Source of the DNA: Gemmatimonadota bacterium
Lineage (GTDB): Bacteria; Gemmatimonadota; Gemmatimonadetes; Palauibacterales; Palauibacteraceae
Assembly (NCBI GenBank): GCA_039588275.1
Contig: JBDHAC010000049.1
Location: 1 to 26,606, forward strand
Length of the DNA stretch: 26,606 nucleotides
Direction of reading: 5' to 3'
Both the position numbers and the translations under genes were made by a program. The notes below the pieces were generated by a model. That model ran no database searches, was not told the DNA's origin, and worked only from the letters and a program-made list of their open reading frames with translations. Below, in pieces: positions 9,583 through 17,257 of the stretch (its first letter is position 1; the number at the start of each line of letters is the position of its first letter).

Positions 9583-9966
9583 ATGCGCAAAGAGGGGCTC
9601 GGAAAAACGTACGCGGACGGCGACGCGATCATCACACAGGGTGACGTTGGCGATTGCATGTTTGTCGTGCAGGCGGGGGAGGTCGAGGTGCTACAGGATG
9701 CCGATGGCGACTCCGTGCGGCTCGCCGTGCTCGGGCCGGGCAGCTTCTTTGGCGAGATGGCTATCTTCGAGCGCGAAACGCGATCGGCTACGGTGCGCGC
9801 CAGGGGAGAGGCCCGGGTGCTGACGGTCGACAAGCGCACGCTGCTGCGGCGGATCAAGAAGGATCCACTGCTGGCGTTCAACATCCTGCGAACCATGTCA
9901 GGCAGGATCCGCGAGCTTAACGCTGAGCTGCTCCGCACCGGGGCCCGACACGCCAAGGGCGAATAG
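9583..9966 (+). CDS. Stand-alone cyclic nucleotide-binding domain protein
   Basis: IITQGDVGDCMFVVQAGEVEV and phosphate-binding cassette FFGEMAIF...RSATVRA. No HTH follows. RBS AAGGAG overlaps the upstream TAA. Confidence 0.95.
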   Translation: MRKEGLGKTYADGDAIITQGDVGDCMFVVQAGEVEVLQDADGDSVRLAVLGPGSFFGEMAIFERETRSATVRARGEARVLTVDKRTLLRRIKKDPLLAFNILRTMSGRIRELNAELLRTGARHAKGE

Positions 9967-9968
9967 AG

Positions 9969-11591
9969 ATGGAGGGGAGCGGTCCGATCTTCAGGCCTCA
10001 GCAGAAGACAAAGCCGGCTCCGTGCATGACGGCTTGTCCGAACTGCGGCGACATCCGCGGTTGGATCGGAACCATCGCGCAGCGGCGCAAGACCGGACTG
10101 GGGCGCGAAGAGGCGTACCGGCAAGCCTGGCAGATGATCACGGACGTGAACCCCTTCCCGAGCGTGCTCGGCCGCGTGTGCCCCCACCCGTGCGAGACGC
10201 ACTGCAACCGTGAAGGGAACGACGGCGCCGTGGCCATAAACGCTTTGGAGCGCTTTCTCGGCGACCGGGCCATCGAGGAGGGGTGGTCGCTGGAGCGGCT
10301 CGAGGCCGATTCCAAGCCCGAGTCGCTGGGCGTGATCGGCGCTGGCCCATCCGGGCTGTCGTTCGCGTACCAAACGGCGCGGCGCGGATACCACGTCACG
10401 GTCTATGAGCGTCTGCCGAAGCCCGGCGGAATGCTCCGCTACGGGATCCCCAACTACCGGTTGCCCGCATCGGTCCTGGACGCTGAAATCCAGCGGATTC
10501 TGGATCTGGGCGTCGAGCTGAAGCTCGACACGGCCGTGGGCCGGGACGTCACGCTCGATGACCTGCAGGCCGAGCACGAGTTGCTGTATCTGGGAATCGG
10601 CGCGCACAAAGGCCGGGCACTCGGTGTATCTGGCGAGTCCGGACCCGGCGTCTGGAGCGGCATCGCCTACCTCGCCCGCATCAACTGCGGAGAGGCCGTG
10701 GACCTGGGCCAGCACGTGGTCGTGATCGGCGGCGGTGACGTGGCGATCGATGCCGCACGCGCGGCGCGTCGCTTTGGCAGCGCGGTCACGATCGCGTACC
10801 GGCGAACGCGCGATGAGATGCCGGCGATCGAAAGCGAGATCGATGCCGCGCTGGAGGAGGGAGTCCGCATCGAGTTTCTGCTCTTGCCGCTACAGGTCTA
10901 CCGGGAAAACGGACGCGTCCGTGCACTCGGGGTGCAGCGGATGAAGCTGGGCGCCCCCGACGAATCTGGGCGTCGCCGACCGATCCCGGTGGATGGGTTG
11001 GGGCACCGCATCGGAGCCGACGCCGTGATCGCTGCCGTCTCGCAGGAGCCGGATTGGGAGGGGACCTTCGACACGCTGATCTCCTCCCGCTGGATCGATG
11101 CGGACGATTCGGGCGAGGTGGTCGATGGCTTGTGGGCGGGTGGGGATGTACGGGGCCTGGGGATTGCGGGCATGGCGATCGTCCAGGGACGCACGGCGGC
11201 CGAGACGATACATGCCCGTCTTCGCGGGGTGCCGCCGCCAGCCCGTGCCGACGGACCGCCCATCCAGACGGACTCGGTGAAACCCGATTTCTACGGGACC
11301 AGGCCTCCCTTGGTCCGCGAGCACCTGAGCGTGGGCGAGGGCCTCGCAGACCCGGACGCGGAGGTGGCGCTCCCGATTACCGAGACGCAGTTCCTCGAGG
11401 AGATCTCTCGCTGCTACTCCTGCGGCCTCTGCTTCGGGTGTCAGCACTGCTGGATGTACTGCTCGGCACAGTGTTTCACCCATGTGGAGGAAGCGGGGCC
11501 CGGAGCTTACTTCACGCTCGCGCTGGACAGATGCGAAGAGTGCGGAAAGTGCGTCGAATTGTGTCCGTGCGGCTACCTGGGGCTGGTCTAG
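9969..11591 (+). CDS. dsrL: DsrL-like iron-sulfur flavoprotein, NAD(P)H:acceptor oxidoreductase (GltD/SudA superfamily with C-terminal ferredoxin)
   Basis: PC...CP...DIRGW..TIAQ, NPFPSVLGRVCPHPCE..CNR, GAGPSG (FAD), GGGDVA and YRR (NADP-type). C-terminal CYSCGLCFGCQHCWMYC...CEECGKCVELCPCG ferredoxin resembles DsrL rather than GltD. The gene symbol is tentative. Confidence 0.75.
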   Translation: MEGSGPIFRPQQKTKPAPCMTACPNCGDIRGWIGTIAQRRKTGLGREEAYRQAWQMITDVNPFPSVLGRVCPHPCETHCNREGNDGAVAINALERFLGDRAIEEGWSLERLEADSKPESLGVIGAGPSGLSFAYQTARRGYHVTVYERLPKPGGMLRYGIPNYRLPASVLDAEIQRILDLGVELKLDTAVGRDVTLDDLQAEHELLYLGIGAHKGRALGVSGESGPGVWSGIAYLARINCGEAVDLGQHVVVIGGGDVAIDAARAARRFGSAVTIAYRRTRDEMPAIESEIDAALEEGVRIEFLLLPLQVYRENGRVRALGVQRMKLGAPDESGRRRPIPVDGLGHRIGADAVIAAVSQEPDWEGTFDTLISSRWIDADDSGEVVDGLWAGGDVRGLGIAGMAIVQGRTAAETIHARLRGVPPPARADGPPIQTDSVKPDFYGTRPPLVREHLSVGEGLADPDAEVALPITETQFLEEISRCYSCGLCFGCQHCWMYCSAQCFTHVEEAGPGAYFTLALDRCEECGKCVELCPCGYLGLV

Positions 11592-11634
11592 CGTGCCCCG
11601 AAGGCCACCTGGAGTACCGGTCGAGGTGACGTCG

Positions 11635-12099
11635 ATGCGAGAGGTCGCGCGCCAGATCGAGATCGACGCTCCACGCGAGCGAGTGTGGGCCCTGCTGGCC
11701 GATCTCGAGGGCGTCGCGGCGTGGGCACCCAACATCGTGGAGTGCCGGTTGCTGTCCCGGGTCCGCCAGGGCGTGGGGGCCGCTAGACGCGTGCGGCACG
11801 CCACGGGGATCGTGCTGGACGAGGAAGTCGTCGCCTGGGACGAGTGCAGCGGATATACGTACGAGATCCGCGGTCGGTTGGGTCCGCTCAGAGAGCTGCG
11901 GGAGAGCTGGACGGTGGCGCCTGCGCCGTCGAGTTGCGTGGCGTCCGCGACAATCCGGTATGACCTCCGATTCGGAATGCTGGGCCGGGTGGTGGACCGG
12001 CTCCTTCTGCGGCTGCTGCTACGGCGTCAGATGTCCTTGGGACTGTCGGGCTTGAAACGACACGCCGAGTCACGGAATGCCCCGCAGAACGCCCCATAA
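11635..12099 (+). CDS. SRPBCC (START/polyketide cyclase-like) family protein
   Basis: IEIDAPRERVWALLAD...W.P, GVGA.R, EEVVAWD and a C-terminal amphipathic helix L..LK..AE. ATG 11635 is preceded by GAGGTG. Confidence 0.88.
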   Translation: MREVARQIEIDAPRERVWALLADLEGVAAWAPNIVECRLLSRVRQGVGAARRVRHATGIVLDEEVVAWDECSGYTYEIRGRLGPLRELRESWTVAPAPSSCVASATIRYDLRFGMLGRVVDRLLLRLLLRRQMSLGLSGLKRHAESRNAPQNAP

Positions 12100-12242
12100 C
12101 AGTCGGCCTGTTTCCAGAGCACCGGGCGACTGCCGCGTTGGGACTCGTTGACACCGTTCCTACACCTGCCCATCGTCCACCACCACCGGGTCCGCGGCGT
12201 TTGGCTTGCCCAGCCTGAAGTCAGCGGGAAAGCTCGAGGATC

Positions 12243-14069
12243 ATGTCTATCTGGAAGAACCTTCGCGAGCGCCGAATCATCCAGATCTTCGTCGCCTACA
12301 TGGCCGCAGGCTGGGTCGCGCTGGGTGTTCTCGATCAGTTCGCGGATCGGCAGGTCGTTCCGGAGCTCATGTACAAGTTGGCGCTCGTCGCCTTCCTCGC
12401 CGGGATCCCCGCAAGCCTGATCCTCGGGTGGTATCACGGGGAGAAGGGCGCCCAGAAGGCCACCCTGTCGGAAGTCTTGCTCCTGGCGGTCGTGGCCATC
12501 GGCGGGATCGGGGCGGGCGTCACCGTCATCAACGCGAACACGACCGAAGATCTTGCCGACGTCTCCACGCTGGACCTCAGCCGCATCGCCGTCCTCTACT
12601 TCGAGGACGCCGGCCTGGGCGAGGAGCAGGCCTTCCTGGCGGACGGCCTCACGGAGGCGCTGATCGATCAGCTAGCCCAGGTGTCCGGCCTCGATGTCGT
12701 GTCCAGAAACGGCGTCGCGCCGTTTAGAGACACGGGGTTGGCGCCCGACAGCTTGGCGCGGACGCTCCAGGCCGGCACGCTGATCACGGGGAGCCTGGAG
12801 CCCGCCGGAGACGATCTGCGGGTCTCCGTCCGCCTGCTTGACGGGGCGAGCGGAACGGATATCCACCGCGAGAGCTTCGACTGGCCGGCCGAGAATCTCC
12901 TGGCCATCCGTGAAGACCTCGCCTCTGAGACCGCGCTCCTGTTGCGGGAATGGCTCGGGGAGGAAGTCCGACTGCGGGAGCGGCGCGCGGGGACGACGAG
13001 CGTGCCGGCCTGGGTGTTGCTGCAGCGGGCGGAGCGCGAGCGGAAGACGGCCGAAGCCCTGGCGTCGGACGAGGACTTCGAGGGCGCCTTCCTGGCCTTC
13101 TCACGGGCCGACTCGCTGCTCGATCAAGCGGTGAATCAGGATACCGCGTGGGCGGAGCCCGTGGCCCTCAAAGCGCAATTCGACTACCGGCGCTCTCGAC
13201 TCTCGTACGTCATGCAGGACCTGGCGCAGACCGTGGAATGGGCACGGCGGGGCCTGGACGAGGTGGACCACGCGCTGGGTATCGAGTCCAATCACGCCCG
13301 TGCTCTCGAGATCCGGGGCACGCTGCGCTACTGGACGTGGCTCCTGAATGTGACGCCGGATCCTGCGGCGCGGGACCGGTTGTTCGAGACCGCTCAGGCC
13401 GATCTCGAGAGAGCGGTACAGATCGAGCCTGCGCTGGCTTCTGCGCACGGGACGCTCAGTCACCTCTATTACGGAGACGACATCGCGTCCGCCGTGCTCG
13501 CGGCACGCAAGGCCTACGAGGAGGATGCGTATCTCGACAACGCCGATGTGATCCTCTGGCGGCTGTTCAACGGTTCCTACGACATGGCGCAGTTCACCCA
13601 GGCGCAGCGCTGGTGCGACGAAGGCGCGAGACGATTCTCGGGCGATTATCGGTTCACGCTCTGTCAATTGCTTGTCATGACGATGCCGGCCAGCGAGCCG
13701 GACGTCGGCCAGGCGTGGAGCGCGCTCGCGCGCCTGGATACCGTTTCGGCGCCCGAGTACCAGCGAGTGTACGCCGAGATCATCGTCGGTGGGATCCTCG
13801 GGCGGGCGGGGCTCAGGGACAGCTCGGCGAGCGTGCTGCTACGGGCTCGGGCGAAGGCCGACCCCCAGCTCGATCCTACGCAAGAACTCCTCTCCTACGA
13901 GGCCGCCATGCGCGTGATCGCGGGGGACCAGGACGAAGCCATCGAGCTTCTCAAACGATACATCGCGGCGAACCCTGACCACGCGTTCGACCCCCAAGAA
14001 GAGATGGGGTGGTGGTGGCGCCCCCTCCAGGACCATCCCCGTTTTCGCGAGTTGATCTCCGCGCCGTAG
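12243..14069 (+). CDS. Membrane-anchored TolB-like/TPR protein (3 N-terminal TM helices, no catalytic domain)
   Basis: LRERRIIQ..AY..GW TM block, IAVLYF...LADGLTE.LI..L.QV.GL.V.SR (TolB_N/FlgO-like), TPR-like helices and C-terminal L..HPRF..L. Confidence 0.82.
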   Translation: MSIWKNLRERRIIQIFVAYMAAGWVALGVLDQFADRQVVPELMYKLALVAFLAGIPASLILGWYHGEKGAQKATLSEVLLLAVVAIGGIGAGVTVINANTTEDLADVSTLDLSRIAVLYFEDAGLGEEQAFLADGLTEALIDQLAQVSGLDVVSRNGVAPFRDTGLAPDSLARTLQAGTLITGSLEPAGDDLRVSVRLLDGASGTDIHRESFDWPAENLLAIREDLASETALLLREWLGEEVRLRERRAGTTSVPAWVLLQRAERERKTAEALASDEDFEGAFLAFSRADSLLDQAVNQDTAWAEPVALKAQFDYRRSRLSYVMQDLAQTVEWARRGLDEVDHALGIESNHARALEIRGTLRYWTWLLNVTPDPAARDRLFETAQADLERAVQIEPALASAHGTLSHLYYGDDIASAVLAARKAYEEDAYLDNADVILWRLFNGSYDMAQFTQAQRWCDEGARRFSGDYRFTLCQLLVMTMPASEPDVGQAWSALARLDTVSAPEYQRVYAEIIVGGILGRAGLRDSSASVLLRARAKADPQLDPTQELLSYEAAMRVIAGDQDEAIELLKRYIAANPDHAFDPQEEMGWWWRPLQDHPRFRELISAP

Positions 14070-14111
14070 CCACCACGCCCTGACCAGGTCGGCCGCCGGC
14101 AAAGGGGCGGT

Positions 14112-14159
14112 GCAAAAGGCGAAGGCTCCCTAAGCAAAACGAAGGCTCCCCAGGCAAAA
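14112..14159 (+). repeat. Short direct repeat: CGAAGGCTCCC x2 (20-nt period) with GCAAAA x3
   Basis: cgaaggctccc at 14120-14130 and 14140-14150. gcaaaa at 14112, 14134 and 14154. Confidence 0.75.
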
Positions 14160-14482
14160 AAAGGACAAGTCGTATCCAATAAAAGACAAACGGGTCTGGA
14201 CGGGGCCCGATTGGACGGTCTAGATTACCGCTTGTCTCCGGTGGGGTGGGATGGCTCGGGCGCGCGCTACTCGTGCAGAATACGAGCTATGACTTCACGG
14301 TCCCATGCAGTATACGCTACGAACGCCTTGCAGTATCCCTCACTCCGCCGATCCCGACCAACCGCGTCGGGTCTCCGCAGTTCGGCTCGCACGGCCAGGA
14401 TGAGCATCAAGGTAGTCCATCCGGCTGGGTGCCCCATTCCCGGGGGCGAGTTCTAGTGGCCGTACCCAAAGGAGTCCTCCCC

Positions 14483-17050
14483 ATGAAACGGTTGCTCTTC
14501 ATATTGGCGATGTTGCCGCTGATGAACGCCTGCCGGGACATGGAGTCCCCGACCCAGCCGCCTACGACCGGAGACCTGCCCGGTCCGTCGTTGGCGATCT
14601 CGGATGCAGCCCACGACGGCCTGGACGGCTTCTGGTTTCTCCCCCCGCTCGTGTCCAACCCGAACACGGACGGTCCGTTCAACCCGGACATCTCGCCGGT
14701 GATGGAGGTCTGGGACATCGGCCCGACTGCCGGGCCGGCCGTCCTTCCCCCGGCATGCGTGGCGGGGGACCGGACCGAGGCCCCCTTCCCGGTAACGGTG
14801 TTTCGCGGTGATGACGTGGTGGTGGAGGAAGACCACTACAAGATCGAGTGGGACACGGGGGACTCCAACTTGGACACGAACAAGAACTACCAGCTCCGGA
14901 TCTGCGTCGGAGAGTTGGAGCTGGGCTTCGCGGATGTGGACCCGGCCGCGACCGGGAAAGAGATGAAGAACGCGGCTGACGAGGTGATCCCGCTGAAGGA
15001 TGGCCGGACGCTGCCGGTTAAGTTCTTCGTCACCGACGTCGCCTTCGGGTGCGAGGATCCGGCCGAGTGCATCGTCAAGACCATTACCCAGGCCGCCGGT
15101 GGAAGCGGCGCGACGGACGACGGTCACATCGCGTTCGACGTGGATCCGGGCTTTCTGCCTCAGGACGTCGTCGACCTGGGAATCACAGAGGTGACCTTCA
15201 ACATCCAGCCACTCCCTCTGCCCTGTCTGGACCAGGGGCTCAACCTTCCGCTCCAGGAGCGGGACCAGTGCGTCAGGGGGGAGACAGAGCCCGATCTGAC
15301 CGCGCTGCCCGAGTTCACCCAGTTCGAGACGACGACGGGCGGCGACTCGAAGGTGCGGGTCGGGATGTGCTTCGATGATACCGGCCTCACCCCGACCGAG
15401 GCAGGCCAGTTCCAGGGGTGGAGCATCGACGAGACCACCCTCGTGCAGACCCCCCTCCGGAACCTCCCGGACCCGTCGGGGCTGGATTGCTCCAACTTCC
15501 CGCCCATGGGTGCCAGCCGGATCCCGATAGTGAATCTGGCCAGGGCGACCTGGCGGACCGTGACCGACCTGTTCAGGCCGAGCCCGCTCGCGGCCACCCA
15601 CCGGGGGAACGGGAACTCGATCGGGACCTTCAGCCGGATCGTGTGGGCCCGATCGCTCATCATCCAAGAGAACGCCGGAAACAATCAATCCGGCGCGCCG
15701 GGCGCCACGCTCCCCAACCCCGTCGAAGTGAAGGTCACCACGCCGGTCAACCACCTGGAGCCAGGCGATGACCCGTTCCAGGTAGCTGCCGTCGCGGCAG
15801 TGAACGTGCCGGTGACGTTCGTGCCCAGCGGCGACGGCAGCGTCGGGTCCAGCGTGGTCAATACAGACGGTTTGGGGCTCGCTTCCACGAGCTGGACGCT
15901 GCCCACCACGGGCACGAGTGCGACGCTCGAGGCAACTGCGGCTGCCATCGGCTCGCCCGTGACCTTCACGGCGAGTGTCGTGATTCCGGTCGCGTCGTGT
16001 GGAGGAGGATTGATCGACGGCATCAACAGCCCGGGTGAATGGGCCCAGGCCGCTCAGATCCAACCGAGCGGAACGGGGTCACTCGCCGGGTCGACGGTCT
16101 ACGTGACGAGCGACTCGCAGAACCTGTGCATGGCCATCGACGTGCCGGACGCCACCCTGTCCACCAGCGATAACTTCGAGGTCCGTTTCGACAACGCGAA
16201 CGACGATGTGGCGTCAACGGGTGACGACGAGTTCTCGGCCACGCCCTTCGGACTGACCGACACCCACTTCAACGGGTTTTGGGGACTCGCTGACACCCAG
16301 CAGGATGGCGTCTCGGCTGGCCGAAACGCCGCCGGCCGCAACTTCATCGAAGTGAGCAAGCCGTTGAACAGCGGGGATTCGGACGATTTCTCGCTGACCG
16401 CGGGGCAGATCCCACCCTTCTGTGTTCGGTATTTCCTCGATGGGACCGCGACAGGCGACTTCCCGTTCGCGTGCTTCACGACTTCAGCCGGTTCGGATCA
16501 GAGTGGGTACCTGGAGCTGATCGATTTCGAGACACCCGCGATCTCAACTCCCCCGAGGGAGATCAGCGACCCATATACGGACGCGACGACTGGGGTGATC
16601 TTCACGGCCGAGCCGTCTGGTTTCGGCGATGAGGTCATTGTCCTCGCTCAGAATCAGGCGGGTGGTACGAGCGCGTGCGCCGACCCAACAAGCACCAACC
16701 AGAAGCTCGCCACCTGGCGCTCATCGCTGTTCGCTGGAGGGGGTGGCGGGAGCGATTTCCCGATTCGGGCGACCTTCCCCTCACCCCTGTCAGGAGCCAC
16801 TGTCGCGGCCGAGTTTCAGGTGCAGGCGGGACAGACCGCACGGATCCGACTGTTTGATGGCAGCGCCACGCTGGTTGGTTCGTCAACTGTCGTCGCCGGA
16901 CCGGCAAGCGGAACTTGCGGCAACCCTGGGCTTCCACGAGCCCGAAGTACGGTGACCGTGTCGTCGACGAGCTCGGTGGCGTACGCGATTCTAGACGGCC
17001 CCTCTGGCGGATTCGTCTTCGTCATCGACAACTTCATCTTCACCCCGTAG
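14483..17050 (+). CDS. Large surface lipoprotein with Ig-like (Big_1-type) and CBM9/DOMON-like modules
   Basis: AAGGAG RBS then MKRLLFILAMLPLMNA-C lipobox. GNNQSG.PG.TLP.P..V.V...VTF....G.....TD..G.AS..WTL Ig pattern. IDG...GEW...D..NL..A..V.D...F.E...PL CBM9-like pattern. Confidence 0.8.
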   Translation: MKRLLFILAMLPLMNACRDMESPTQPPTTGDLPGPSLAISDAAHDGLDGFWFLPPLVSNPNTDGPFNPDISPVMEVWDIGPTAGPAVLPPACVAGDRTEAPFPVTVFRGDDVVVEEDHYKIEWDTGDSNLDTNKNYQLRICVGELELGFADVDPAATGKEMKNAADEVIPLKDGRTLPVKFFVTDVAFGCEDPAECIVKTITQAAGGSGATDDGHIAFDVDPGFLPQDVVDLGITEVTFNIQPLPLPCLDQGLNLPLQERDQCVRGETEPDLTALPEFTQFETTTGGDSKVRVGMCFDDTGLTPTEAGQFQGWSIDETTLVQTPLRNLPDPSGLDCSNFPPMGASRIPIVNLARATWRTVTDLFRPSPLAATHRGNGNSIGTFSRIVWARSLIIQENAGNNQSGAPGATLPNPVEVKVTTPVNHLEPGDDPFQVAAVAAVNVPVTFVPSGDGSVGSSVVNTDGLGLASTSWTLPTTGTSATLEATAAAIGSPVTFTASVVIPVASCGGGLIDGINSPGEWAQAAQIQPSGTGSLAGSTVYVTSDSQNLCMAIDVPDATLSTSDNFEVRFDNANDDVASTGDDEFSATPFGLTDTHFNGFWGLADTQQDGVSAGRNAAGRNFIEVSKPLNSGDSDDFSLTAGQIPPFCVRYFLDGTATGDFPFACFTTSAGSDQSGYLELIDFETPAISTPPREISDPYTDATTGVIFTAEPSGFGDEVIVLAQNQAGGTSACADPTSTNQKLATWRSSLFAGGGGGSDFPIRATFPSPLSGATVAAEFQVQAGQTARIRLFDGSATLVGSSTVVAGPASGTCGNPGLPRARSTVTVSSTSSVAYAILDGPSGGFVFVIDNFIFTP

Positions 17051-17085
17051 GAGTGCGCGAAGTCCTCGGGCTTCTCGCAGGAAAT

Positions 17086-17121
17086 GAAGGCGGGCTCGCC
17101 GATTCGGGCGAGCCCGCCTTC
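17086..17121. terminator. 15-bp perfect hairpin between convergent genes (probable bidirectional terminator)
   Basis: GAAGGCGGGCTCGCC-gattcg-GGCGAGCCCGCCTTC. Confidence 0.8.
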
Positions 17122-17257
17122 GTTGATCCTGGCTGCCAGGACTAGCCGGTGACAGGGACCCGAGCCCACCTGCACGCGCCAACGTATTTGTCTTGGTCCC
17201 AGACCTGATCGCCCCCGTTCGACAGCACGTTGCATCCGACCCTGGTCGTCGCGCCGG

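Noticed and set aside
4293..9966. Pycsar/CBASS-like antiphage system (cyclase + cNMP-binding + TM protein)
   Set aside because: The cyclase is a STAND/TPR type with ATP-specifying residues, the cNMP domain is not fused to a TIR or TM effector, and no defence or mobile genes lie nearby. Not strictly excluded.
9583..9966. CRP/FNR transcription factor
   Set aside because: Only 127 aa; it ends after the C-helix with no HTH.
9969..11591. Glutamate synthase small subunit gltD
   Set aside because: There is no gltB, and the extra C-terminal ferredoxin and N-terminal motifs fit DsrL-like proteins better.
14098..14190. Mini CRISPR array
   Set aside because: The repeats are 11 nt with 9-nt gaps, there are only two copies, and no cas genes are present.
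14246..14482. N-terminal extension of the 934-aa ORF
   Set aside because: The RBS and lipoprotein signal define the start at 14483.
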